Source: Phoronis australis (lineage: Eukaryota; Animalia; Phoronida). Taken from it: 64,000 bases of DNA. Positions 1-13,726 of the stretch are shown piece after piece. Position 1 is the stretch's first letter. The number at the start of each line of letters is the position of its first letter. The notes beneath the pieces are model-generated. The model did no database searches, was not told the DNA's origin, and worked only from the letters and a program-made list of their open reading frames with translations. Made by a program: the position numbers and the translations under genes. The stretch is taken from assembly GCA_002633005.1 (NCBI GenBank), contig NMRA01000090.1:128156-192155 (forward strand), written 5' to 3'.

Positions 1-343
1 ACCTTGTCCATTATCAGGAACACTGATCTAAGATCCTTTGAAGTAGATCATCATGATTTCAGTTGAATTGTAAAATTTCACCTAAGGGCACAATATGGCA
101 GACAAGTGAAAATTTTATTTCTTATTTGTTCTTAAGTGATGAATAAGTAGCACCAAAGTACTTCTTTGTCATTTTCAAGTTCTACATAATAACTACAACC
201 GTGCAACATTTTGATAATTTGGGGGTATTCACAAGAAGGTTAGAAGCCCTTGAAAAATGACAATTTGGGCAATTAATGTTGTCCGTAATTGGTAAGACTT
301 TATTGTATTTTTAAGCATCATATGTAATTGGCTTGTGTATCAA

Positions 344-381
344 TGTGTGTGTGTGTGCGTGTGCGTGTGCGTGTGTGCGTG
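344..381. repeat. (GT)n/(GTGC)n microsatellite
   Basis: tgtgtgtgtgtgtgcgtgtgcgtgtgcgtgtgtgcgtg seen directly. Confidence 0.9.
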
Positions 382-907
382 ATACTGGACAAAGGACTGT
401 TGGGAATGCTTAACTATATATAGTATTGATCTGTCTTTAGAAACAGAAGTCTTCCCTCAATGGAAGATGTTTATAATATGTTTTTTAGTGCTATGCATGA
501 CATCAAACCTGGTTTTTAACATTCACTAGCTTATAACATTCCATTCCACAACGTCTGAGCAATTGCATAGTGTTTGCAAGTTGGTTGTAGTTACAGCGAA
601 TTTTGATTACAACTAATGGAGTACCTGGAAAGTTTACTGTGAGGCAGTTGTACTAGCATAATTTGCCTTCCAGTATTATTACACACCCGTGCATCATTTG
701 AAACTACTGTCTTGATGTTTAAGATACTTGACATTGATGTGCATTCCTTTTACAATATTGTTCTATCCAAGGCTCAACATACTAGGTAATTTATATTTGG
801 ACATTCATGGAATAATTTATTCTATGAATGTCCATATATGTTTGCCATTAATTGTATCGTATATTTTCGTGTTTCTAAAAAAATAACTTTTCTCATTATT
901 TTGTCAG

Positions 908-1044
908 ATTGACAATGGTGTTAAGGGAGCTTCAACAAAAGGTGACATTGTGATAATGAGTCAGCGCATCATTGAAGTTGTCACCCGTATGCACATGGCA
1001 ACAACAACTTCAGAGAAGTCCTTAAATGTCCAGGTCAGCAACAA
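908..1044 (+). CDS. Probable penultimate coding exon of an unidentified gene that starts upstream of the window
   Basis: Pyrimidine tract + tcag acceptor, AA|gtaagt donor. Only one frame is open: IDNGVKGASTKGDIVIMSQRIIEVVTRMHMATTTSEKSLNVQVSN. Family not recognised. Confidence 0.6.
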
Positions 1045-2079
1045 GTAAGTGCAGTTTCAAATCAGTTAAGTCGTCATAAGCTGTTGACTAAATGGTGTTT
1101 AAATCATTTGCATTTAGCTAAAGATACGGTGAAATTTTAGAAAGAAATCTGAAGGATTAGGTTTTGTAGAGAATTTTAATTTGCTTGAAACACCCCTGAT
1201 TTTCAACAAAAGGTTGTTTTGTGTCAATTTCTGTGCACCTCATTTCTAAATTCGGTATCTCCTTTGTTTTCCATTACTAACTTCAAACTGTGTTTTTAAG
1301 CTAGCATTTTCATGATTTTATTTCCATTGAATTTATGTCAAGTTATGAAGACCACTGCATTACCACCTAGTTGATGAATGTCAGTGTTTTGAGATGACTT
1401 ATCAAGCTTGACAGGTTTTCAAATTTTAGGAAAGTCTGTGAAAAGACTAGTATTAAAACATTAACAATATAGTGCTTTGTATATTTGGCTCTTGTGGAAT
1501 CAGTTGTCAGGCTGTCGAGAATCCCTCATTCCTTTGTTCACATGTTCACTACACAATATAATGAGACGCTTTTTGTGAGACAGTTTTATGTACTTTTGTA
1601 TACCATACATTTTACCAACACATTGTCGCCTCACTCAGTAGCAATACATTTTTGAGAATTGTCAATTCAGTTTTCTACTATGACTTTCATGCATATATAT
1701 ATAATTATGCACATATTTTGCATAGGCCCACACACCAGTGCCTGAAATAAGTTGTTAAAAATTTTTCAAAACTTTTTGAAAACTCTTAAAAATCTTGTCT
1801 AGTTTCAATTTCAATCAATTCAAACCCAATCAAAAATTGGTAAAAAACAAAGATTCACCATCTTGGAGCAATTTCTATGTGCATTTAAAAATACTTTGTG
1901 ATGCACAAACTGAATTAAGCAGTCCCAGTCACTTGCCCACAGAACCTGCTGGTCCATCAGTGTATTTATTAAGGCTATGCGCCTTTGTGTAAAGCTGTGC
2001 CTATCTTTCTGGAATTAGACACATATGAAATATTTGAATAAAATTGAGGACCAGACTTTGAAATATGACATAAGTGAAA

Positions 2080-3790
2080 CTTTTTATTCAATATAACAGG
2101 TACGGTACAGATCACACAATTACATCGTCCTCACGACAATACACAAACTTTTTTTGTTTAGTCAAGGATTAGGTAAGGTCAACTTACAGGGCTGATAAAG
2201 GTAATTTAATATTAAAAACAAGTACAGGCTATGAGTCATTCATGTGTATGTATAATAAACTTAACGTACAATGCAACTTCTTTTTTAAGCTAGGCAGGGA
2301 ATTTTTGCACTTCAACATTTGTTTGTAAATATGGTACTTGCTGAGGCAAACAACCATACTTTGTATAACCGCATCCACCTGAACACTAAACAGAACTGAT
2401 TGTAATGACAGTTCTAAACTATGTCCAACAGCATCTATGAGCCAGTTATTAACATTAGTCCAAATTAGTTGAATAACATTACAAGACCAGTTACACATGG
2501 GCAATAGATTCACTTTCATCTAAGCAAAATGTGCATAATAAGCTATCAATTAATATGCCAATGTTTCGTAAAAATTCAATTCTGTGAACCAGACAAAATT
2601 GGAACCATCTTAGAGAACCATCTTCAGTGAATGAATAGATGTAGGAAAAAACATTGTACTATCATTCTGTAGTATTTGGGAGATTTGATTTTTCACACTA
2701 CTTCAACTGACACTTTGTTTTTCCACTATTTTTGAGAGACAATAATGTGAAAATTTTTATTTATTCCTTTGACACCTCCTAAAATTAACTTCAGTGTATC
2801 GTGGATAATGCGGTAAAATTACTCGATGCTTTCCCTCTCGGAGGTGACTCCGGTTAGTATATAATGAGCTTCGTAGACCATAAAATAAAGTTGCTTGAGG
2901 GGTTAAGTCACATTTCTGAATAATAAAGGAAACAACCGTCAGAATTTAGTAAGTGGTTTATATGAGTTATGCCTTTTTGAAACCACTGTTTATAGAAAAC
3001 AGGATTGTTATCTATTGATACATTCAAATTAAACCATAGAAGCTAATGACTACTATCGTTTTCGGGAACTAACATTTTATATTCATTAAAAGTCATTTGG
3101 AACATCTTCGTAAGATAGAAATCCCCGAACAATAAGTAATTATTTGAAACTCTCTATAACAGCATTTGCTGAGCTGCCCATGGACTTGTAGTACTTTGAC
3201 AAAGTAGTCTATTAAACCAAGTTAATTTAATGGCTTTCATAAAAGAAGAGGCTTTAATCATTCTGGCTCCACCAACATTATACTCTTTAGCCATAGTCTT
3301 GGGTTTTTTTGTTTTACCATTTCATGCAGAACAGTACAACGTTTAGTTCAGTTGCTTCAGGAAGGCCTGTGAAGGGGACGCGACACTTGTAAAAAGATGT
3401 ATAAGTTTTGGCATAATTGTGGGTTTCACAACTCTTATTCTTCCAAAAAGTGTCGAGTTTCTTTTTCCCACATGTCTATAGCCTTCTTTATTTTGCCAAG
3501 CTTACTGTTAAAATTATCGTGAATTTTATTTAAACCACAGTGGAGAATTGAAAACACAGTAAAAGTGAATTATGATATTGCCTATTTAAGTTTTAGGTCA
3601 CAACACATTTTTGACAGCTATCCTTCATAGAACCTGTCCAAATACAAATTGTTTTTTTCCAGATTAGGCTTTAGACCAGAATATTTCGCTAATTGATTAA
3701 AATGTGAAGTGTTTTCAGCAGACTGCTCTGAGCCATCTAAAGAATGTTGGTCATAATTGGACTATTTTCTTTCGATATGCAATTTTCAAG
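2080..3790 (-). mobile_element. Degenerate L1/Tx1-clade LINE, 3' part of ORF2
   Basis: Minus-strand fragments: FLDGSEQS...KYSGLKPNLEK (RT region, ~3650-3750), KEYNVGGARMIKASSFMKAIKLTWFNRLL (~3200-3295), LRWFQF...LCTFCLDESESIAH.WSC..IQLIW (CCHC zinc knuckle, ~2450-2615). A-rich tail near 2080. Many stops and frameshifts. Confidence 0.8.
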
Positions 3791-4469
3791 TCAGCAATAA
3801 ATGGCATTTTAAAAACTTTGACAAGAAACTATCAGAAAGTTTTTTAAAATCAAAGTAAAAGAAAATATTATTATCAAGTGGTCACTATTTTGGAGTTGGA
3901 TTGCAAAACAATTACCAATGACAGAAGAATCCCTGAAAACTGAAATGTTGCTGGGTCACTTGTGTAAATATCAGTAACTTGTTGTTTAATTGGTGAATTT
4001 TTTTTACCATATGATTCCAGTATTTTATAAAACCCTAGCTAGTTTGCTATTCATTTTAACATCCAGTTTCTCTCGCAATGGCCTCAGAACATTCTACCTT
4101 TCAATCATTGCCTTGGTATTCTCTTTTCTCTGTACATTCACCTTAATGTCGACTCACTCGGTCAGTGCAGGTCTCCCTCCCTTTCACGATGACACAAATT
4201 GTCCAAAATCACTTTTTAGGTCATGAGCAGTGGTCTTGTTGAAAGGCCATGAATGAACGAACATACGCACATGCTCAGCAGAGTTCAAGTTGAGGTCATT
4301 AACATTTGAGTGACAATTGTTTTAAATTTTTTCGAAGACTTCAAAAAAATTCTGTTTAATTTGAAGTTAAATGTCTTATTCATCAAATTCAGGTCCAGCA
4401 ACTTTGAGCATTATAATTAGGTTTTTCATTCACTCCCTTGCATCTATCCACGACAAACTGAGCTCATAG

Positions 4470-4582
4470 GGTTAAGAGGCATATTTGTGCAATGCTCAGT
4501 TTGCTTCCAGTTAGGCTAGGATATGAGCCTGGGTTTCTAAATTAAAAGTCTGAAACGCAAACCACTGACCTACAGTCTACCC
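4470..4582 (-). mobile_element. Degenerate tRNA-derived SINE head
   Basis: Minus strand has A-box-like TAGGTCAGTGG and B-box-like GGCTCATATCC at Pol III spacing. Confidence 0.35.
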
Positions 4583-4924
4583 AACCTAGGACCCCATAAA
4601 CACATTGGATCCAAGACCCAAGAAAGTAATAATAAGCACACACCAACTCCACAGTGGTTTATTTTATGCCATGCAGCGATTACACATCATCTTCAAAGGC
4701 TAGAATGGTCGAGTGAAATGGATAGGTGAAAAGGACACAACAGAATAGTAACTGTGACATGAATATTCATTTTCTGTCCCTGTTGTAATGATGTTGCATC
4801 TTACAGTACTTAGTTGCCTTTACCTATCACCTGACTTAGCTTTGTTGAACAGCCACTGAGAGTAAACTCAAAGATTGGCTGCTCATTGAAACTAAGGCTG
4901 TTGCTACTGTAGGTAACAGCAATA

Positions 4925-5592
4925 CAGGGTGTCTCAAAACTATGATGCTATTTTGATTAAGAATAACTCAAAGAGAGATCATGTTTAAAATGCCTCACTG
5001 ACAGCAGCATAGCCAAGGTGGGGGCGTTTTCGCTTATATGGCATTTGAAGTGTACATCCTATAACTTTCTTGATCTTGATGCCTGTGGCGCGTGAACATT
5101 CATTTGCATTTATTAGCAAAATGAAACCATAATGTTTCGACATGTTGACATTCTTGTTAGTTATCGCAGCTTGATCTCAGACATATGAGGGTGTAGCAAG
5201 ATGATGCACCAAATAGAAAGTGTTAAACACTCCTTGCACGTTTTAGATAGGTCTGTTTCATGGCCCCCTCGCTCACCTGACCGGATTCCACTTGTTTACT
5301 TTCTCTTGGTGTATTTAATTGAATGTCTGTGGAAAACCTCCAAACAACATCAACTTGAAAAGGATAACATTCATAGAGAATGGCTAGCATACCAGTTAAC
5401 GTGTTAAGTAATTAAAATGGCTACCATGGCAAATAGAGAAAAACAATTTTCATATGCTGGAGACATCCATTTTCAAACATGAAGTCAAAAAAATCGCATC
5501 TTGTCTGTGCTGCCAGTGAGAAGTATAATATATCTTCTCTTTTTTGAGGTACTCTTTTTTAAATGTGTACTATATGTTGAGACACCAAGATG
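4925..5592 (+). mobile_element. Internally deleted Tc1/mariner relic
   Basis: TA|CAGGGTGTCTCAAA left end and eroded TTGAGACACC..TG|TA right end. Internal VSWPPRSPDRIPLVYFL resembles the WPPRSPDLNPLDFFLWG transposase motif. Confidence 0.75.
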
Positions 5593-5656
5593 TAACTTTT
5601 TCTCTTTTTCATCAAAAGTTTTGATTTATGATTGTTTGATTGTAGTTTTCCTGCAG

Positions 5657-5705
5657 AGTTCAGGGGGAAATGTGTCGACTTGTCATTCAAGACAGCAACA
5701 GCTGA
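5657..5705 (+). CDS. Probable terminal coding exon of the same unidentified gene
   Basis: ttttcctgcag acceptor. Joined in phase 2 to 908-1044 it gives (K)VQGEMCRLVIQDSNS*. T-rich UTR-like sequence follows, with AATAAA near 6215. Confidence 0.5.
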
Positions 5706-7286
5706 AGCAAGCAGTGGAAATGTCCAAATTCTAAAACGAGGTCAATCGTTTGAAGTCATTGAAACATAAAGTATGTTGAAGCTTGTTGCATGTAAAATGC
5801 GTCATAGTTTCTGTGATGCGAGGAATGACTTTAAACTTTAGGAACTTTGCCAAACAATCAACTTTTTAAACTGAGTATCCGCTTTCTAAACAGAAGTCGG
5901 CATTTTTAAAGCAGACGTAAAGCACCCACACCACTGAATGAAAAGCTGAAAAATAAGGAAGATTTTATTGTTTTGAGCTATATTCATTGGTTATGGCACT
6001 TGTGTTTATCAAATGCATTGAGCAAATAGATTTGGTGTTTTGGAAAGTGAATTGGCATTCATTTTGGAAAGCTGGTTGTTTGTCATCTATTATTACACTA
6101 GACATCATTGGTGCTTGCTCGTGATGCAGTTAAGCTAAAGAAGACACGTGGTGAGTTTATGAGTGTGTCACCTTGAACGATATTTTGATAAGTCGCATGT
6201 AACAAATACAACAAAATAAATGAAAATTACCAGTTTCTGCTGTGCAGCCTTGTAGTTTACATTTTGTGTGCTACTGTAATGATTTCTGAACTGTTTTTAC
6301 CAACTTCAAGAAATTGAAATAGACCACAATTTTTTTTTGGAAGAAATGTCCATTGGATCCCAGTGTTTGGAAGAAATGCCCAATGGATGCCAATGTTTGG
6401 GCGAACACTGAATCGTTATCGTTTAGTTGGCATCTTGGTCAGTGTACTTTAATTTGTGGTAAAAAATTCGACAAACCACTTTATAATCTCTATGTAATGA
6501 GAATTGTTATTTCCTCTTAATCTTGTTAAGTTTATAGAAAGTAATTTCTGTTGTACAAGACTACTTCATGTTTTAAGTTAAGTGCCATAATTGTGACCAT
6601 GAGATTGTTATGAAGGGCTCGCTTCATAAATAGTGTTCATGTACATGTTTATCCAAGTCAGGGTTTAGGTGTAATAGCACCTCCTGCTTTCGCAGTACGA
6701 GACAAATCTAATCAGACAAAATATCATTTTCTGTCATGACAGCTACTTTTATTAACAGCAAAAATGAGTCACTGGTAATATCTATTAGGGCAGCAAATTC
6801 TTATGGCAAAATGACTTAGTTACCTTAGAAACTTTGCTTTTAATTTCCTTTCATTCTTCTTTGAATGTGAATTCGGTTTCTGCCTAGCTGTCATAACGAT
6901 TTTGTGTAAATATTTAACTGTAGGTACCATTGTTGTTGGTGCAGGCAAGTTGACAATTTGCCCTCGCTAATATGATTATGCAATTGATAGAATCACAAGA
7001 TATTATCACCAGCCTACCTAGGTTGTAAATTAACCCTTTAGGAAGAATTCACGAAAAAATGCAACCGTGTAGCTGAACTGTTTCTACAGGTTCACACGAA
7101 AGATAGATTTAGACAAAATAATATACTAATACAGTAAACCATGGGCTTTGTGGGTTGTCCAGGGGATACAACACATGAAATTTTGCTGAACAACTTGACT
7201 GTGAATGGAGACCTCTAGTCAATCTGTATTAATTTAGTTGTAATGATTGATATCGCTTAATATGCTTTGCTGACGATGTTTTTATT

Positions 7287-8480
7287 ATGCACCCACATAC
7301 ATTTGTCTGTGCATATTGCCGCCATCTCTGTTTGTGTCTCTTCTGCTCGATGTCCAGTCACCATTGTGGTATCACCTAAACCCCTTGCAGGATCTTAATG
7401 AGATCTGTTCTGATGGAGCTGACAACAGATGATGATGGGTTTTGGAACGATTCAACTACCACTGTGCCCCCTAGTGTGATTTTAGTTCTTTTACATTTTA
7501 TACTGTATCTTCAGAGTTGTTGTATGGGTTTTCATGAAATTAAGCGGATAGGTTTCTATTTAAGGCAGACTATGACACCTTTCAATTTTAGGATGTATCG
7601 TGCACCACCTATGTGGCCATTTTTATTTTAAAGTTCATTTTTGTTGTCCACCCTTTTATCTGCCAAATCACTCAAAGTATCATTATTGAAAATTTGTATT
7701 CCTCCTGAGAAAGCTATAGCTGACGTTTACGTTTGAACGGGTTCGACTTCTGTGCTGCCCCCCAATGACAATTTTGTTTTTGCATCAGTGACTGTATCCT
7801 TGCCGGATCTTTGCGAAATTTGGCGTTCTCCTACAAATGTGGCATAGGAACTGACATGACTACAGCTGTACCCCCTGGTGGTAATTGCAGATTTCTTTTC
7901 CATTTGCCTTTGTATCTTAATTGATTCCTGATTGATTTCATGAAATTTGCAATTGGCTTTCTATTATGGAGACGGCAATGTCTCCTCATTTCTAGATGGA
8001 TGCGACATATTCTGTGTCAGCTAGTGGCTTTTCTAATCATTTTGTCTGTCACCGGCATCTTTATATGCCAAACTGTATGACGGATCATTGTAAAAGTTGA
8101 CAATGTTTTTCTTCTGACGAGGAGCATGAGTAACATGGACTTTAGGATGAGTCTGACTGCTATAGTCTTCTTTAGTGACATATCTTTTGTATCTGCGTGA
8201 AATTTGTAGCGTGAAATTTGGCAAACGTATTGCTGTCAACGTGATTACAGATGTCAACTTTTTTCGACTGATCCGACAACTGCTGTGCCTCCTGGTGGCA
8301 ACTATGTTTTTTACGATTGCCTTGAAAGATTCTCAGGAAGTTGAAGAAATAGTATTCTATTATGGGTTTCAACTTATTATGCACCATCTAATGGCCTTTT
8401 TATGTTACTAATAAACATCCCTACAAGCAAATTATTTGTGGTGCAGTCGTGGGTGCATTCCAATGCTTTTCATTGCTCTT
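7287..8480 (+). mobile_element. Helentron-type non-autonomous element (HINE/DINE-1-like), family A, old copy
   Basis: 5' ttATGCACCCAC, 3' GTGGGTGCAT followed by hairpin CAATGcttttCATTG and ctctt; diverged ~150-bp internal monomers. Confidence 0.7.
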
Positions 8481-9767
8481 ACTCTACTTCATTTCTAACA
8501 TGTTTGGATGGTGTTATATATTGAAGTACCCAGCCTCCAGTGCAATGTAGTTGTAATTGACCTTGTTTATAGACCTTGTTTTGGATCATGTGCTTATTAA
8601 CAAAAGTTGACATTTGATATTCAGTTTTGTCACTGACGTTAACCAAAATTGTTCTTTGTTCAAATTGCCACTGATTGTTAGTGTGCAAATGTTGTTAGAC
8701 TTACATCATATGGTGCAATAAATGGCTGGCTTATGAATTTGCTAAATAAATGTACAGTGCAATTAGTCAAAAGTAATCCGGTGAAATACCATTTCCCTGT
8801 CATAATGGCTAATTCTTAGTTTTAACTGCAAAAATGGCTGGTAATGACTATTAGCTGAAAATTTTTGACTACAGAATGGCTTACCTACCTTGCCAACTTT
8901 CCTGTTATTTTGCCTTGATCATTTTTTGGTCTCTAAAAATGAATTTAACTTCCAATCAGTGATCATAACTGGGAATTCTCGGGTATTTTGTCAGACTACT
9001 TTTAGCATGTACTGTACATGTTACAAAATATTTGTTATATTTTAAACATTTTATTGGATGACTTGTTTTCTAGTGCATGTTTTGTGGGTTTAGTAATCAT
9101 ACCATGTGTAGTAAAATTTCACCAATTTCAGAAAACATTGATGATTTAAAAGGCTTCGAACATTGTTCTGAGTGGCCATAATTTCTCACAACATGGTGTG
9201 GTGGTACTGTAGCTATGGTATAGATATTAAAAGTGATGCTTTGATGTGGTGCCATTATCTTTTATAAAAAATAAGACATAACTTGTCTGCCATATTGTGT
9301 CATCAATTTGTGAGATTTTACTATATGCATGTATAGTTTGGTAAAACCACCTTTCAGAAAGGTTTTGTTAAATATGCCACTGATTTTAGCTTTTTGCACC
9401 TTTACGGCTAGCTTTTCATAGGTTCTCTGTGTTCTGTTAATGGACGACTATGTAATGTAGGTATTGTCCCAAGGACATCATATTTTTCCATTTACATGTA
9501 TGTATTATGGTGTAATAACTTGGGAAAAGAACTACTTTAATTTGACAATCTAATGATTGTGACTTTGTTTGGTGTTGTATGAGAAAGGGGAACTGGGTGC
9601 GTCGTTTCACCGATCAATTTATCAGGTATGCATGTCCAGATTTGATTGTTGTTTTAGTCGTAGATTTGGTTGCATAGGAAATTGTTTTTGCAACTCTATC
9701 ATTGCCTAAGTTATAAGAAGTGTTTTACAATTACAAATTGGACAGTGTGTGAGGAATTATAATTGTT

Positions 9768-10020
9768 ATGTGCCCACATACAAATATGTGGTCGCATACT
9801 GCTATGGTCTTTGTCTGGCATTGTCAGTCTACGACTGTACCTCATTAATTCCTTTCGAGATCTTTGTAAAATTTGGCGCATCTGAATGTGCCACTGAATT
9901 ACATGGGCTTTGGGACAGATGTGACCAAACTATCTGACAAGCTGCTTGAAGGATCAAGATGAATGGTGAATGGATTTCTATGGAGAAGAGCATAGCTTAC
10001 TTGCTCTGTGCCCCGTAGAT
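9768..10020 (+). mobile_element. Short or truncated HINE family A-related copy
   Basis: 5' hairpin ATGTGCCCACatacaaatatGTGGTCGCAT matches the family A 5' end. Confidence 0.5.
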
Positions 10021-12659
10021 GTTATTAAACTAATCGTCCCTTGTGTCTGTAGGTTGTATGCAATGAACGTAGTGGATGCATATCAACACTGTTGCTCTTG
10101 TTAAAAAAATAACTAATTGAGTTTTCTGCAATAAAAAATCTAGTCAGTGTCTTGCTGTTAGAGTTATCCCAAGGCTTTAAGTATTTATGAATTCTATGCA
10201 AATTTTTCCATTGTGATTGAGTTGTCATTGTTAGAAGTGGCAACGTACAACAAATCGGAATAAATGAAAATCGGAAATAATCCATGTATGTGTACATTGT
10301 ATGTTTTATTTTATGAAATAATAAATGTTATTACAAACAATGCCAAAAAGCAGATTTGGCAGTCGAGATAAAACATTTCAGTGCCTCTCACTACAATCAA
10401 CTGTCATGAGCCTCAACACATCTTCACTGTAAGAGAGCCAAACTCGCACATGTATTCAGCTAATGCATCTGTTAACAAGTTAAGATTTAAAAATGCCAGT
10501 GCCTGAAAAAACTTGAATAGTTGCCAAGAATCTTCACTAAGCTGCTAATCACCAAAGTTGCATTTCACAGATTTCCTTCAAAACAAACCAGAACATTTTC
10601 TACAGTGAACCAAATCTTCCACCCACCCTGGCAACTGTAAATCTGGACTTGTGAATGAAATTTAAATTAAGAACATTGTATTTAACAGCAGTATTTGTAC
10701 ATCCAGATTGTTGCATTTTTATCCTTAGTTGGAACTTACATTGTTGATAATGAATAGACCACTTGCAGATTTCCAAACTTTAAGAGTCTTGATATTTCCA
10801 CTGTGGACCAACATGACCACAAGATATGTGGAACAAAGAAAACACCTTTCTCATCTTACGAGAGGTAGTGATTTGTCATCGTGGCTTGGGAACTACTATA
10901 ATTGTAGGCAATATCAAAGTAAGTAACACCAGTTAGGAAGTGATTTTTAAACTTTCGACTGAAAACTGCGGAAGATGGGTGAATTCAGGCTCATCAACTA
11001 ATGAGTACACATACGATGAATTTGGGCAGAGATGAGGCTTTGCGATTGTTCTAAAAAGATTGAACAGCATATAAAGTTAGTGACGTGATTTAAATTCAGA
11101 TACACCGTGCTCAAAGAGGCATTTTCTTCATACTCATTCAGTAAAACAAAAATTAAAAATATACAGGTTAACCAACAATACAAGATTTGCCTCAAACCTT
11201 TCCATACAATAAAAGATATCCCCACCTTCAAACAGATCATCCTGGTTATTGGCATGATGATCTCCATAAGTGACTTATTTTGACAGGATTGTACAAACCT
11301 TTCAAAATTTTATCGTTTTACATCAGTTGCTGGTGATTCCTCAATTCTCTTTGATGCTGGAGTTGAGGATATAGCAAAGAACCTTTTGAGACCACTTTGT
11401 TGAATTACCGTTAATCAGCCCATTTCACGATTTGCATCTTTAGGTCTTGAGTAGTGAAGAAAAAACCCTTTTAAACACAGAAAAATGGAAAACCAAATCA
11501 GTGGCAAGTAAATGATGACATGACCAGATCTAACCAGATGAAAGCATGTTGATGGTAACCTTGAAAACTGCAACAGAGTGCTTGCAATGGCTATAAATTA
11601 CAAAATGAGGACCTGGACATTCGTACACAAAACTGCATCACTGTTTAGCCGCACAAAATGGCTAAAAGCACAAAATCTACAGGAATTCCAAGCCGTTTCC
11701 ACATAGAAAGTTATGCAACATGTTGGACCAGAAAGTCTCATGACTTGTTGGACAGTTGCATTCACAAGAGTATGACCTGCACTTAACAAAAAACTTAAAG
11801 GAGGCTGTTATGCTTCACTGATGACTAAAATGAGCTTCATAGAAATAATGATGCAAAATCGTACATGCCCGACTTCTATACAACATGCTGGCCAACAAAA
11901 CAACACACAACTAAAAACCCTTTGCATGAGCAATTTAGGCCTCAGCCACGTTACGCAAAATTTCTGCTTAAAATCTGTTTGAAATGTGCTAACAAGTCCT
12001 GACGAGATCTATTGTACTTCCATCACTACACACAACTTAGAAACACACCGTCATCTTCCAAACCATTCTTTTCCCCTAACCATTTTAATCTAATACCCTC
12101 CTAAGCCTGCACAAACCAACATGTTTGCGGAAGTGGCTTGCGTGTACAAAGAGCAGAAGAGAAGCTAACCCGTTGCAGTTTTCAATGATACTATTCAGAC
12201 TTACATTTATTTCTAGTCTACTAACAAATTTCTACACAGGTATTTACATGACCATGGGCTCCGTAACCAACATGCCGCACACACTACAGTACACTAAAAT
12301 CTCAGCAATTTTTAGGGACAAAAAGATCTTCCAAGATTGCATTTTTAAGGTCTATCATTGTTGTATATGTCCACGATTTCTCAAAATATTGTGTGATGGT
12401 AAAACCTTAACTAAGTATTAATTCCGTGCTATATATCTTTTATGAAGAAAACAAGAATAAAATTTCAGTTGTCAGCCATATTGTGTCCTAAATGGGCCAG
12501 ATTTTACTGTATTACAAAGAAACCAGAAGTTGATATGCTGAAATTGGTTTTAAACTGTTTATCAATCCTGTTAAAACCTCAGATCAGATCGAGAGTAAAG
12601 TATCAGCGATCTACTGGTGGAAAAAGCTGAACAAAGCAGCCACAGAAAAATACATGTAC

Positions 12660-13165
12660 ATCCCATTGAAGTTTTACAGGTCTTGTGCACGGAAGAGCAT
12701 TTACCAGGGCGCAAGTAAATCAAGAACAGGCCAAAATTCAGGAAAATAAGGTAAAATTGCAAAATGCTGGCAATGTGTGCAGAGTACCTTTTTCAAAGTT
12801 TGGTTATGCACTTAAGAGCATTTCTGTAGACGGGTGGGTGAAAGTCAAGAACGGGCAAAAATAAAGGAAGCAAAGCCGAATAGAAAAATACTGCTGACGT
12901 GCTGACACTTCGTCAGCACCCTTTTAAAGTTATGTTGAAATAATACGATGAGAACTGTCAGAGTTGTGCACAGACGAGCATCTCCCAACATCCATGCATG
13001 TCACCAATGGGGCAACATTAAGGAAAATTGGTCAAATTGCAAAATGCCAGCCATACTATAGCACTTCCTAAGAACACTTTTGAAGAGTTTGGTCAAAATC
13101 TGCCGACAAATGCAGGAGTTGTACGCATGAATGGAGTGACTCCTACATTACTATTTCCCATCAGT
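12660..13165. repeat. About three diverged ~150-bp tandem monomers (HINE-like) in the putative WAC 3' UTR
   Basis: Recurrent ttgtgcacrgacgagcat...caagaacgggcaaaat...aaattgcaaaatgc...agtttggt blocks. Confidence 0.5.
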
Positions 13166-13671
13166 CAGTAATAAATGAGACAACTGCAAGCAATTCCTAT
13201 CCACATCCATTAAATACAACTGATTGCACAGATACTGAAGATGCTCTTGTGTAGGCTTTTTCAAAGGTGACAAAAAGAAAGAACAAAAACCCATCAATTA
13301 TATCTATATTACAGCTCTCATTACTTGAAGTTCGAAAGACACCTTATGTTATGCGAGAAGAAACTTTTCGCCACTGTTATCACATATAATTTAATGACCA
13401 ATAGATATCCAAAACAAACATCGCATCAAGCATGTGCCTCTGTTTTGACTTCTGACTTTCAAAATGTGCCTTTAGGCAGAGCTTTGCTCATCCACCTGTT
13501 GACCCTTGTCGATCCATAGTAAAGTTTGCATTAACTAGCTATTACTGGCACATTTAACATGAAGATCAGCGTATTGAAAAAATGTTCAAGCAGAATCTGT
13601 CCTCGATCCACATGCACAGTAAAAGCTTTTCAATAAAGCACAATTCGACAGGTAAGTCCCTTAAAACCACA

Positions 13672-13726
13672 TCAGTTCTTTGTTCCTCTCTCTAAATCTA
13701 AGATTTGCTGCCTGATGAAAAGTATC
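13672..13726 (-). CDS. WAC: WAC terminal coding exon, end of coiled coil and stop
   Basis: [17 protein letters not shown], cf. human ILFLRQQIKELEKLKN. Confidence 0.95.

Noticed and set aside
6339-6400. 30-bp tandem duplication
   Set aside because: Ordinary slippage-type duplicate with no further structure
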